Below, piece after piece: positions 1-13,196 of a stretch of 32,000 nucleotides of DNA. Each line of letters begins with the position of its first letter. Within the stretch, counting starts at the first letter, position 1. Origin of the DNA: Aliivibrio fischeri ES114 (GTDB lineage Bacteria > Pseudomonadota > Gammaproteobacteria > Enterobacterales > Vibrionaceae); NCBI RefSeq assembly GCF_000011805.1, contig NC_006840.2; one strand, written 5' to 3'. The position numbers were made by a program, and so were the translations under genes. A model generated the notes under the pieces. It was not told the origin of the DNA, made no database searches, and saw only the letters and a program-made list of their open reading frames with translations.

Positions 1-1889
<1,889 letters not shown>

Positions 1890-2169
1890 ATACAACCCCA
1901 AGAGGTTTCGTATGGACCATTTGCTTTCACTTTTTAAAAGTGAAGACAAAACAGCAACCAAGGTTGAACTCGTCATTGCGAGTTCTGGTTTTTCGCCGGA
2001 TTCAAAATACAAGAACACTTGAATGTGTTGTTCTTCGTTTTACAGAGTAAAACAAAGGATATTAAGAACTTTTAAATTTTGATTTAACTTAATTACAGCC
2101 TTGAGCTGTTTTGTTTTACTTTTTTAAAAGTAAAAACAAATTAAGCTAAATCAGTCAGCTTTCCAAATT

Positions 2170-2179
2170 GTTAAAGAGC
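2170..2179 (-). promoter_or_regulatory. Spacer boxA antitermination element (GCTCTTTAAC)
   Basis: Reverse complement reads CGCTCTTTAACAATTTGGAAAGC, the classic rrn spacer boxA context just upstream of 23S. Confidence 0.75.
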
Positions 2180-2237
2180 GATTTCACGCTTATGCGTGTA
2201 ACCATTTTTAAAGACTCTCAAGGAGAATACTTAAAGA

Positions 2238-2313
2238 TGGTATCCCGTAGGGGAGTCGAACCCCTGTTACCGCCGTGAAAGGGCGGTGTCCTAGGCCTCT
2301 AGACGAACGGGAC
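2238..2313 (-). tRNA. tRNA-Glu (UUC anticodon) in the 16S-23S spacer
   Basis: Reverse complement GTCCCGTTCGTCTAGAGGCCTAGGACACCGCCCTTTCACGGCGGTAACAGGGGTTCGACTCCCCTACGGGATACCA: cloverleaf-compatible, anticodon TTC, encoded CCA. Confidence 0.97.
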
Positions 2314-2380
2314 ACTAAGATACTCTAAATTCAAAACCTAATTAATCTGTGTGAACACTCATAAACCGTAATCTATCGTT

Positions 2381-3932
<1,552 letters not shown>

Positions 3933-4103
3933 AAAGTTTTTTTTGAACTCTTTCAGCAGAAAGAAGTTCGACTCAATGATTAATACTGATTGTTACATAA
4001 AAGTAATTTTGTGTAGTCACTCAGTTCATTGATTAGTTATTTGCTTTCGCAAATAGTGATTATCAATTCACAAGTGCCCACACAGATTAATAGGTTTCTA
4101 ATT

Positions 4104-4113
4104 TTTAAAGAGC
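4104..4113 (-). promoter_or_regulatory. Leader boxA-like element (GCTCTTTAAA) upstream of 16S
   Basis: Reverse complement AAGCTCTTTAAAAATTAG lies between the putative promoter and the 16S 5' end. Confidence 0.6.
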
Positions 4114-4168
4114 TTACTAACAAAGCAGACTGTGATGCGAATCACTCTCTCTGTGTCAGTGGATGCGC

Positions 4169-4196
4169 AGTATAGGCGTATCAGATTTTGATGCAA
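4169..4196 (-). promoter_or_regulatory. Putative rrn promoter
   Basis: On the minus strand: -35 TTGCAT (4191-4196), 16-nt spacer, -10 TATACT (4169-4174), followed by a GCGC discriminator. The upstream side is very A/T-rich (UP-element-like). Confidence 0.75.
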
Positions 4197-4364
4197 GCAT
4201 TTTTATTAAAAAAACAATCAACCGAACAATAAATAAACACAATGTTCAAAATACAAACAAAACCACTTATTTATTTCAGAATAAACATCAAATTCCATAT
4301 CTCCTAAGTACTATATACCTATGTTACAATCATCCACTACTCTAACTTTTATTGAGATATAAAC

Positions 4365-5060
4365 ATGAAAATTGGCATTATTGGCGCTATGGAACAAGAA
4401 GTTGCCATCCTTAAAGACAAAATTGAAGGTCTATCAACAGTAACTAAAGCTGGTTGTACTTTTTATACTGGTACATTAAATGGCGCTGACGTTGTTTTAT
4501 TACAGTCAGGGATTGGTAAAGTTGCAGCAGCAGTTGGAACAACTCTTCTTATTGCTGAGCATAATGTTGATGTCGTTCTTAATACAGGTTCTGCGGGTGG
4601 CTTTGATTCATCATTAAATCTTGGTGACGTGGTCATCTCAACAGAAGTTCGCCACCACGATGCTGACGTAACTGCTTTTGGTTACGAAATGGGACAAATG
4701 GCTCAACAGCCAGCTGCATTTATTGCTGACGAAAAGCTAATCACAACTGCTGAGCAAGCATTAACTGAAATGAGTGATAAGCACGCTGTTCGCGGATTAA
4801 TTTGTACTGGTGATGTTTTTGTTTGTACTCCTGAGCGCCAAGAGTTTATCCGTACTCACTTCCCTTCAGTAATTGCTGTAGAAATGGAAGCCTCAGCGAT
4901 TGCTCAAACATGTCACCAATTCAATACACCTTTTGTTGTCGTTCGAGCTATTTCAGACGTAGCAGATAAAGAGTCACCAATGAGCTTTGATGAATTCCTT
5001 CCTCTTGCAGCACAAAGCTCATCAGAAATGGTATTAAACATGGTTACTTTATTAAAGTAA
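4365..5060 (+). CDS. mtnN: 5'-methylthioadenosine/S-adenosylhomocysteine nucleosidase
   Basis: 231-aa ORF starting [20 protein letters not shown], with [17 protein letters not shown] and [15 protein letters not shown] motifs typical of the MTA/SAH nucleosidase family. Confidence 0.96.
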
Positions 5061-5069
5061 TCTTATTTA

Positions 5070-5097
5070 ATTGAGTCAGTTTCTCTGACTCAATTTT
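5070..5097 (+). terminator. Rho-independent terminator after mtnN
   Basis: ATTGAGTCAG-TTTCT-CTGACTCAAT stem-loop (10-bp stem, 5-nt loop) followed by TTTTATCTTCTTTT. Confidence 0.8.
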
Positions 5098-5126
5098 ATC
5101 TTCTTTTATATATAAAGAATCACCTC

Positions 5127-6080
5127 ATGCTAGATAAATTAACTCTCTTTATTTCTGATTACTCTTTACTGGTATTATGGGGGGCTTTAATTTTTCACCT
5201 CATCATTCCTATTTCCCCCCAGTTTCATCCAATGTCTTTTTGGCACAAATTTGCTTTAATCCTAGCTGAAAAGGTAAATACATCTCGTCCTTATCAACAA
5301 CGTTTATTATCAGGTTCCCTTGCATGGGCATTAATGATTATTCCTGTAATCATTGTATATATTGCAGCAGTGCCTCTTATTTGGAACATCCCTCTTTTTA
5401 ATCTTGGGTTACTATTGTTATCGCTAGAATGGCGTGGTGTCGAAAAACTGTGTAAAGATACGATTCATGCCATAAATAAAGAAGATAAAAGCAGAGCAAA
5501 AGAAACTCTCAAGCATTGGGTAAATAGAGACGTAGAACCATTATCATTACTAGGTTTAGGTAAAGCATCTAGTGAAACAATCATTTTGGCTTATGCGAGA
5601 ACCGTTATTGGGGTCTTATTTTGGTATGGTATTGCTGGTGGAATTGGAGCTTTTGTTTATCGATTATCATTAGAGTTAGCAAGAGCGTGGTCTCCATCTA
5701 GAGATTCATTTCGACCTTTTGGCATCCCTGCTCTACGTATTCAATATATTTTAGATTTTCTCCCACTTAAGCTTTTCACCCTCCTTTGTTTTATAGGCAA
5801 AAACATCCGTCATTCTTTTCAACAGTTACAATTACAAAAAAAGAACTGGGCCAATAAAAATAATGCAGGGCTACTTATTATTATTGGAAAAAAGTTTGAG
5901 CTTTCTTTAGGTGGACCTGTTATTTATCAAGGAAAGAAAATCAACCGAGCAAAACTAGGTGGAAAAATAGCCCCATCAGCGATTCATTTAGCACAAATTC
6001 ACCGTTTTTTAAGCTGGAGAATAGCGATTTGGCTCATTCTTCAAAGCTCAATAATGGTCATATTAAAACAAGGTTTATAA
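5127..6080 (+). CDS. CbiB/CobD-family (cobalamin-biosynthesis-like) integral membrane protein
   Basis: 317-aa membrane ORF; the segment SETIILAYARTVIGVLFWYGIAGGIGAFVYRLSLELARAW resembles the CbiB/CobD signature. No other cobalamin genes nearby, so function is uncertain. Confidence 0.7.
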   Translation: MLDKLTLFISDYSLLVLWGALIFHLIIPISPQFHPMSFWHKFALILAEKVNTSRPYQQRLLSGSLAWALMIIPVIIVYIAAVPLIWNIPLFNLGLLLLSLEWRGVEKLCKDTIHAINKEDKSRAKETLKHWVNRDVEPLSLLGLGKASSETIILAYARTVIGVLFWYGIAGGIGAFVYRLSLELARAWSPSRDSFRPFGIPALRIQYILDFLPLKLFTLLCFIGKNIRHSFQQLQLQKKNWANKNNAGLLIIIGKKFELSLGGPVIYQGKKINRAKLGGKIAPSAIHLAQIHRFLSWRIAIWLILQSSIMVILKQGL

Positions 6081-6122
6081 CTTTCTTTCAACAACATCAT
6101 GCAGTAAGTCATAGAGGACAAG

Positions 6123-6734
6123 ATGTTAATCTATACAATTGATATGTTTGGTACTGCCATTTTCGCCATTTCAGGAGTGTTACTGGCTGGTCGATTAAAA
6201 ATGGACCCATTTGGCGTCACCGTTTTAGCAAGTGTTACCGCAATAGGTGGCGGTACGATAAGGGATATGGCTTTAGGTGCAACTCCCGTTTTCTGGATTA
6301 ACGACACCAATTATTTATTGGTCATTTTCATTACCTGCATTTTAACTATGTTAATCATCAGAAGACCTAGACGCCTACCTTGGTATGTACTTCCCGTTTC
6401 CGATGCTATTGGATTAGCTGTCTTTGTTGGGATTGGTGTAGAAAAAGCACTTAATTACAATGCAGATCCAATGGTCGCCGTTATTATGGGGGTAATTACA
6501 GGTTGCGGCGGCGGCATTATTCGAGATGTACTAGCCAGAGAAGTCCCTATGGTATTAAGAAGTGAAGTGTATGCTACTGCGTGCATTCTTGGTGGCATCG
6601 TTCATACTTCTGCTCTAGAGTTCAATGTTCAAAGCTCTACAGCAATGTTACTGGGTGTAACTGCTACGCTAATTATTCGATTAGCTGCAATCCGTTGGCA
6701 CTTATCGTTACCGACCTTCGCTCTTAATAAATAA
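6123..6734 (+). CDS. Trimeric intracellular cation (TRIC) channel / YicG family membrane protein
   Basis: 203-aa ORF with the duplicated glycine-rich repeats [25 protein letters not shown] and [26 protein letters not shown], diagnostic of the family. Confidence 0.9.
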   Translation: MLIYTIDMFGTAIFAISGVLLAGRLKMDPFGVTVLASVTAIGGGTIRDMALGATPVFWINDTNYLLVIFITCILTMLIIRRPRRLPWYVLPVSDAIGLAVFVGIGVEKALNYNADPMVAVIMGVITGCGGGIIRDVLAREVPMVLRSEVYATACILGGIVHTSALEFNVQSSTAMLLGVTATLIIRLAAIRWHLSLPTFALNK

Positions 6735-6741
6735 TTTAAAT

Positions 6742-6765
6742 AGGCCATAGCTATATATATGGCCT
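6742..6765 (+). terminator. Stem-loop after the TRIC gene, possible weak terminator
   Basis: AGGCCATA-GCTATATA-TATGGCCT, 8-bp perfect stem. Only a poor T-run follows. Confidence 0.4.
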
Positions 6766-6918
6766 CATATTTGACCTGTTTTTATTTATTTCTTTAAATT
6801 AATGAACTTTTTTTTATAAAAAGGTGACCAAACTACAAGTTCCTCACATAGTAGTTAACTTCAAAACACGATACACTTCTAGGTTGTTATTTTTATTCAC
6901 TCTTTACTAACTAATCGA

Positions 6919-8232
6919 ATGATATTATCTAAATTAACTCGCATTCCTGTAATCCATCGCATTCTGATTGGTCTTTGCAGCGCAGGAATTGTTGTAACTA
7001 TTGCAACAATCCCAGACACTGTCGCTCCCGATTCAGGCTTTTATAAATTAACGGTAGGCCAAACATACCCTATTGAAATAAGAAAAGAAGCTTTAATCTC
7101 TCATGAAAAAAACTCTTTAAATCAACAGCTTTCTTGGGAGACTCATACAGTCAAGTCAGGAGAGAGTGCCTCTGTTTTATTTAGTCGTATTGGTTTGGGA
7201 TACAGCCAACTTCTAAAACTTACCAGTAGTGATAAAGAGATTGAAAACCAACTCACTCGTTTACGTCCTGGTGACAAATTAAAATTTGGATTTAACCAAG
7301 GTCAAGAAATAGTCCAACTTATCCGCCCTATCAGCAAATTTGAAACCTATCGTATAAGTAAAGCTGGGGATGGCTATATCGGATTGTTTGAAAAACAAGA
7401 TATTGAAACTCAGCTTAACTACACCAAGGCAACCATTACTTCTAACTTTTGGAACGCTTCAATTGGAGCAGGATTAAACCCTAACCAAATCATGGAACTT
7501 GCTGGTATCTTTGGATGGGATATCGACTTTGCTCTAGATATTCGAGAAGGCGACAATTTTAAAGTCCTCTACGAAGAGAAATACGTTGAAGGTGAATATG
7601 CTGGAAAAGGTAATATTATCGCCGCTTCCTTTACTAACCGTGGAGATACTTTTACTGCAATTCGAAACGACAAAAACGGTAATTTTTACGAACCAAATGG
7701 CCGAGCAATGAAAAAGGCTTTTTTACGCTCGCCAATCAATTTCCGTTACGTAAGTTCTAATTTTAACCCTCGTCGTTTACACCCTGTTACTGGGCAAAGA
7801 AAAGCTCATAGAGGAACTGATTATGTTGCTCCTGTCGGCACTCCTATTTGGGCAGCTGGTGATGGCGTTGTTGATAAAGCGGGTTATAACCAATTTAATG
7901 GTAATTATGTATTTATTCGCCATAGTAATACCTACATAACGAAATACTTACACATGACTAAACGTTATGTTCGAGCTGGTCAAAGAGTAAAACAAGGGGA
8001 TACCATTGGTACTCTTGGTGGAACAGGACGAGTAACGGGACCACATCTTCATTATGAATTCCTAGTAAATGGCGTTCATAAAGACGCTCGAACAGTATCT
8101 TTACCACAATCAAAATCACTAACAGGTAAAGATAAAAAAGAGTTTGAAGTTGTGGCTAAAGAGCGCTTAAAGCAATTAGAACAATACGGTCAATTCATTG
8201 TTGGAAACCATCCAGTAATTAACCATGAATAA
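6919..8232 (+). CDS. M23-family murein DD-endopeptidase with LysM/OapA-like N-terminal region (MepM-like)
   Basis: 437-aa ORF with HRGTDYVAPVGTPIWAAGDGVV and GPHLHYEFLVNG (peptidase M23 zinc ligands), plus an N-terminal membrane anchor. Confidence 0.9.
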   Translation: MILSKLTRIPVIHRILIGLCSAGIVVTIATIPDTVAPDSGFYKLTVGQTYPIEIRKEALISHEKNSLNQQLSWETHTVKSGESASVLFSRIGLGYSQLLKLTSSDKEIENQLTRLRPGDKLKFGFNQGQEIVQLIRPISKFETYRISKAGDGYIGLFEKQDIETQLNYTKATITSNFWNASIGAGLNPNQIMELAGIFGWDIDFALDIREGDNFKVLYEEKYVEGEYAGKGNIIAASFTNRGDTFTAIRNDKNGNFYEPNGRAMKKAFLRSPINFRYVSSNFNPRRLHPVTGQRKAHRGTDYVAPVGTPIWAAGDGVVDKAGYNQFNGNYVFIRHSNTYITKYLHMTKRYVRAGQRVKQGDTIGTLGGTGRVTGPHLHYEFLVNGVHKDARTVSLPQSKSLTGKDKKEFEVVAKERLKQLEQYGQFIVGNHPVINHE

Positions 8233-8240
8233 CTAAAATT

Positions 8241-8277
8241 AAAGCCCTAATTAAAGATAATTAGGGCTTTTTTTTAA
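8241..8277. terminator. Terminator between the convergent M23 and RND genes
   Basis: AAAGCCCTAA-TTAAAGATAA-TTAGGGCTTT followed by TTTTT. The hairpin is symmetric and overlaps the RND stop codon at 8274. Confidence 0.85.
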
Positions 8278-11200
8278 TCAAGTAATTCTCTTACTTTTTT
8301 ATCTCTTCCAAGCATTAATAAACAAGGAGTCAGTACTAGAGTTAAAACAGTTGCAAAGGCCAAGCCTCCTGCAACCGCAGTTGCTAATTGCGACCACCAC
8401 TGAGTACTTGGTGCACCAAATTCTACTTTTTGATTAACTAAATCAATATTCATTTCTAACACCATTGGCATTAACCCCAAAATGGTCGTTACTGTAGTTA
8501 ACATCACAGGTCGTAAACGTTGAACGCCAGTTCGCAAAATAGCATCTACTTTTTCAATGCCTTCTTTGCGTAAGGTGTTATAGGTATCAATAAGTACAAT
8601 ATTATTATTAACAACGATCCCTGCTAACGAAATTACCCCAATGCCTGACATAATAATTCCAAACGGGCGCTGGAAAATAAGTAACCCAGCAAACACGCCA
8701 ACGGTTGAAAAAAGGACCGCACTTAAAATTAAGAATGCCTGATAAAAACTATTAAATTGAGTAACTAAAATAATTGCCATAACAGCAAGCGCAACAAGAA
8801 AAGCATTCTGCAAAAATGCGGCCGAGTTATTTTGCTCTTCATTTTGTCCTCTTAATTTAAATTCAACGCCCTTAGGTAAACCTAGATTCTTTAGCGCCAT
8901 TTCAATTTTAGGTAACTCGATACTTAGGTTATACCCTTCACTCATATCTGCTTTTACCGACAAAATTCGGTGTCCGTCTATTCGGTGAATCGTATCTTGT
9001 TTATGTGTAGGAATAATGCGCGCAAAATTAGTAATTGGAACAAGCCCATTACTCGTCTTTACTCTAAGCTCATCAAATCGGCCAATATCTCGATGCTCTT
9101 CAGGAAAACGTACAAGAATATCGACCTGTTCATCATTATCATCAGGTAGGTAGTCACCAATTTTTAAACCATTAGTGACAAACTGAACGGTATTACCAAC
9201 TAATGTTGCATCTGCACCAAACCTTGCAGCATCATCTCGTCGAATATCAATTTTCCAATCAATACCCTGCTTATTAGAAGTATCACTAACATTAGTAAAT
9301 GCTGCATTTGAATCAACCCATTTACGAACTTGAGTGATGGATTGATTTAATAGTTCTCCATTTCTCGCACTGAGTTCTATTACTAAATCATGCTCGCTAG
9401 GAGGCCCTGCATTTGGTGTACTAAACTCCAATTCAACACCTGCAATATCTTTCGTTTTAACTCGGAGATCTTCAATTATCTCTTTTACTGGCCTTCTGTT
9501 TTGCCAATCAATTGGAGTAATTTGGATACGTCCTATTTCATCGTCACCACCCGTTCGAGTATAAATACTGTCTAACTCTTCCATTCCTAATATTTGGTTT
9601 TGAACCTGAACCATAATTTTATCTTTCTCATCAATAGAAAGATCACCATGAGAACGAACTTTTACGGTTAAAAATGGAGGATCAACATCAGGAAAGAAAA
9701 CAACACCAAGTCCCGCTTTGGCGTAACTAAACCCAATACCAACAGCAAGCGTTATTGCTAATAATAAAACCTTAAAGGGGTGCTTTAATGAAAATGAAAG
9801 CGTTTGATAATACAGCTTAGTGACTCCTTCAGCTTGGGAATAATCACCTCTACTTAGTGCCTGTAATTTCACTCTCTTTTTAGGGAGGACTTGCTGCGGT
9901 TTACCAAATAAACTCCCTAGAACGGGAACAAATAGTAGAGCCATAACTAAAGATGCACTTAACGTCGCAATCAAAGTTAATGGCAGATACTTCATAAATT
10001 CCCCAGTAATATCAGGCCAGAATAATAGTGGTGCAAATGCCGCTAATGTTGTCGCTGTTGATGCAATAATTGGCCATGCCATTCGTTGTGCAGCTTCTCT
10101 ATAAGCTTCTACACGATGAGCTCCCTCTTGCATTCGACGATCAGCATATTCAGTTACAACAATAGCGCCATCAACTAACATACCTACCGCCATAATTAAT
10201 GAAAATAGAACGACGATATTGATGGTAAGTCCAGAAACAGCAAGTAAAAGTAGACCGGTAAGAAAAGATCCTGGAATTGATATTCCAACTAAAAGTGCGG
10301 TTCTTGCTCCTAAAATTGCAATAATAACGATAACAACCAATAAAATAGCTGAAAGAATATTATTCTGAAGATCATTAAGCATATTCTTTACATCTTTAGA
10401 CTCATCCCATGTGTATTTTACTAATAAATTATTTGGCCAATCATCAAGTTCCTGAGCTCCAGATAACACTGCTTTTACAATCTCAACCGTTTCTATGATG
10501 TTTTCACCGGAACGTTTTTTGATATCAAGAACAATTGCTTTTTCACCATTTAATCGAGCATAACTATTAGGATCCCTAAATGCTTTACGAACCGTGGCAA
10601 TATCACCAAAAGTGACCACTTGTTTCCCATCAACTTTTATTGGTAGCTCTAGTACATCTTTTAAAGATTCAAAAACAGAAGGGACTTTTACTGAAAACCG
10701 ACCATAACCAGTATCAACAAAACCTGCTGCAACAACACGATTATTTAATGCGATTAAGTTATAGATGGCAGCCTGATCTAAACCGTAACTCTCAAGCAAA
10801 AGAGGATCGACAATAATTTCAACAACATCTTCTCGGTCTCCAGCAATATCAACTTCTAATATCTGCTTGTAACTTTCGAGCTTATCTTGCAGCTTTCTTG
10901 CGATTTGAACGGCAGTTCGTTCAGGAACCGTACCATATAAAACCACGGATAATACGGCTTGTTCAGCCGCTAACGTAACCTCATGGACAGTTGGTTCATC
11001 ACTTTCTTCAGGAAGGTTTGGTTTAACCAGATCAACCGCCTCTCTCACATCCGTTAACGCTTTATCTAGATCGACACCCACACTGAACTCTAATGTCACC
11101 GAACCATGCCCTTCTCCCGCAACCGCCGTCATTTCCTTTATCCCTTCAATAGAACGCAGCTCTTGCTCCATTGGGCGTACTAATAAACGCTCAGAATCTT

Positions 11201-11372
11201 CAGGCGAGATACCCTGATGACTCATTGATACGTAAATAATCGGGATCGTAATATCAGGGTTGGACTCTTTTGGTATGACTAAGTATGTAGAAATCCCCGC
11301 TATGAGTAATAGGGCCAATAACATCAACATCGTACGAGAGCGACTCAATGCCGCATTAATAATAGCTAGCAT
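8274..11372 (-). CDS. RND efflux transporter permease (AcrB/HAE-type)
   Basis: 1032-aa ORF with the typical VSMSHQGISPEDSERLLVRPMEQELRSIEG opening, an internal repeat, GAxxVTEYADRR and VVNNNIVLIDTYNTLR motifs. Confidence 0.95.
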   Translation of the reverse strand: MLAIINAALSRSRTMLMLLALLLIAGISTYLVIPKESNPDITIPIIYVSMSHQGISPEDSERLLVRPMEQELRSIEGIKEMTAVAGEGHGSVTLEFSVGVDLDKALTDVREAVDLVKPNLPEESDEPTVHEVTLAAEQAVLSVVLYGTVPERTAVQIARKLQDKLESYKQILEVDIAGDREDVVEIIVDPLLLESYGLDQAAIYNLIALNNRVVAAGFVDTGYGRFSVKVPSVFESLKDVLELPIKVDGKQVVTFGDIATVRKAFRDPNSYARLNGEKAIVLDIKKRSGENIIETVEIVKAVLSGAQELDDWPNNLLVKYTWDESKDVKNMLNDLQNNILSAILLVVIVIIAILGARTALLVGISIPGSFLTGLLLLAVSGLTINIVVLFSLIMAVGMLVDGAIVVTEYADRRMQEGAHRVEAYREAAQRMAWPIIASTATTLAAFAPLLFWPDITGEFMKYLPLTLIATLSASLVMALLFVPVLGSLFGKPQQVLPKKRVKLQALSRGDYSQAEGVTKLYYQTLSFSLKHPFKVLLLAITLAVGIGFSYAKAGLGVVFFPDVDPPFLTVKVRSHGDLSIDEKDKIMVQVQNQILGMEELDSIYTRTGGDDEIGRIQITPIDWQNRRPVKEIIEDLRVKTKDIAGVELEFSTPNAGPPSEHDLVIELSARNGELLNQSITQVRKWVDSNAAFTNVSDTSNKQGIDWKIDIRRDDAARFGADATLVGNTVQFVTNGLKIGDYLPDDNDEQVDILVRFPEEHRDIGRFDELRVKTSNGLVPITNFARIIPTHKQDTIHRIDGHRILSVKADMSEGYNLSIELPKIEMALKNLGLPKGVEFKLRGQNEEQNNSAAFLQNAFLVALAVMAIILVTQFNSFYQAFLILSAVLFSTVGVFAGLLIFQRPFGIIMSGIGVISLAGIVVNNNIVLIDTYNTLRKEGIEKVDAILRTGVQRLRPVMLTTVTTILGLMPMVLEMNIDLVNQKVEFGAPSTQWWSQLATAVAGGLAFATVLTLVLTPCLLMLGRDKKVRELLD

Positions 11373-11381
11373 ATAATGTCC

Positions 11382-12494
11382 CTATTTACGTTGAACATGA
11401 ATAAAATCACCATCACGAACAAATCCTTGCCCAACAGTAATAATATCCACTTCATTTCCAAGTCCAGTTAACCAAACACCATCATCTTCGGCCTTAACTA
11501 GCTGAATAGGGACAAACTTAACTTTATAATTTGTCTCGCTATGCCCCTCAGCTTCTATCGCCGTTTTTACTCCTAAATCGCCACTTTCATTTAACGCCAA
11601 CATAGCTGGAGTGACTTTAATTGCAGATTGAAGAGCTAAATTAATTTCCACTTCAGAGCTGATGCCTGCGGGGATCTTCCCTCCTATATTGAGGATCTCT
11701 ATTTCGACTGAAAACGTATTGGTTGATAATGATGAGATTTTCGAAATATAACGAACATACCCTTCAATTGAGACGTCATTAATAAAGCTCACTTCTGCTT
11801 TTTGTTGCTTTGTAATTTGACTGATGTGCCTTTCACTAACATTGACATCAATAACAAGTGGATCAAGAACAACGACTTTAGCAACAGGATCTCCACGACT
11901 AACAAAATCGCCAACCTCAATAAATAAGTGTTCTACAATTCCATCAAATGGTGCGGTGATTGTGGTATTTTCTAATATTAGTTCAGCATTACGAACTCTT
12001 GCTTTTGCTTCAGCAAGTGAAGCTTGTGATTGACTAAATGCAACTTCCCCTTGTAACCCTTTACGTTTTAATTCTTTTGCTGCATTAAATTCTTTCATTC
12101 GAACTGAGTAGATGGCTTTAGCTTGGCTTAACTGCAAATCAAGATCGGCCATATCTAAACGAGCAATTGGTTGCCCTTTTGTGACTCTTGCTCCTTTTTT
12201 TACTAACAACTCTTCAATTTGAGCTGCAACTTGAGCACCTAATATCGCTTGTTTATCAGGGCTAGTTCGCCCATATAAAGAAATTGTTTTATGAGTCGGC
12301 GTTGATTCAAACTGCTCAATAACCACATTGGCTAATGGAATAGAAAAAGTAGATGTCTCTTTTATCCCTGATGACTCTTCCGCTTGTGAAGGTCCACTCA
12401 TAACCCATAAAAATAAGCTGAGGAATAAAAGAAAAGAGATAATCCAAGGTCTATGGATAAGGTAAGAAAGAAAAGCAGATGTATATTTGCCCAT
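11382..12494 (-). CDS. RND efflux periplasmic adaptor subunit (membrane fusion protein)
   Basis: 370-aa ORF with GRTSPDKQAILGAQVAAQIEELLVKKGARVTKGQPIARLD (biotinyl-lipoyl-like) and a coiled-coil hairpin. The gap to the permease gene is 9 nt. Confidence 0.93.
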   Translation of the reverse strand: MGKYTSAFLSYLIHRPWIISFLLFLSLFLWVMSGPSQAEESSGIKETSTFSIPLANVVIEQFESTPTHKTISLYGRTSPDKQAILGAQVAAQIEELLVKKGARVTKGQPIARLDMADLDLQLSQAKAIYSVRMKEFNAAKELKRKGLQGEVAFSQSQASLAEAKARVRNAELILENTTITAPFDGIVEHLFIEVGDFVSRGDPVAKVVVLDPLVIDVNVSERHISQITKQQKAEVSFINDVSIEGYVRYISKISSLSTNTFSVEIEILNIGGKIPAGISSEVEINLALQSAIKVTPAMLALNESGDLGVKTAIEAEGHSETNYKVKFVPIQLVKAEDDGVWLTGLGNEVDIITVGQGFVRDGDFIHVQRK

Positions 12495-12581
12495 AGCAAC
12501 AATCCTTAGCGCTTAGGAGATAGAAACTAACAGTAATACATCTGAACTTACTGTTATTCAAAATTATGATTTTTTTATAAT

Positions 12582-12614
12582 AAAAAAGGTAAGTAAACTC
12601 CTCTACTTACCTTT
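12582..12614 (-). terminator. Terminator downstream of erpA
   Basis: Minus strand AAAGGTAAGTA-GAGGAGTT-TACTTACCTTTTTT: 11-bp perfect stem, 8-nt loop, T-run. Confidence 0.8.
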
Positions 12615-12627
12615 AAATACTCAGGGT

Positions 12628-12969
12628 TTACACACTGAATGACGCACCACAACCACACGTTGTCGTTGCATTTGGGTTATCAATGAAGAAACGAGAACCC
12701 TCTAAACCTTCGGTATAATCAACTTTACCGCCGATCAAATATTGTAGACTCATCGGATCAACAACTAGCGTAACGCCATCATTTTCAATCGTCATATCGC
12801 CTTCATTTACGTCTTCATCAAAAGTAAAGCCGTATTGGAAACCACTACAACCACCACCAGTAATATAAACTCGTAGTTTTAGATTTGGGTTTTCTTCTTC
12901 TGCAATTAACGTTTTTACTTTTGCTGCTGCAACATCAGAAAACGTTAACGGCACAGATACATCACTCAT
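12628..12969 (-). CDS. erpA: Iron-sulfur cluster insertion protein ErpA
   Basis: 113-aa A-type carrier with [10 protein letters not shown] and [14 protein letters not shown] cysteine motifs. Adjacent to hemL, as in many gammaproteobacteria. Confidence 0.94.
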   Translation of the reverse strand: MSDVSVPLTFSDVAAAKVKTLIAEEENPNLKLRVYITGGGCSGFQYGFTFDEDVNEGDMTIENDGVTLVVDPMSLQYLIGGKVDYTEGLEGSRFFIDNPNATTTCGCGASFSV

Positions 12970-13196
12970 TTAAACCTCTCAGGATTGGTTTCCAATTCTA
13001 TTTTATAGGCAATTATCTAATACCTGACTGTTTCATTCAAGTATTCAATCGCTCTTCTCTGCGTTCTCTATTAAATGAAGATCGCATTTATCAGTACTAT
13101 TTTACTATTAGATGGGGATTAATACGATCAACACAAGCGTTTTTAGGTACAATAGTGCCTAACTGGTCCAAATTAATTACTATGAGGATATAAGTA

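Noticed and set aside
8274-12494. RND permease-adaptor pair as a possible novel operon
   Set aside because: Standard two-gene tripartite efflux arrangement without its own outer-membrane gene, which is common in Vibrionaceae; nothing unusual seen.
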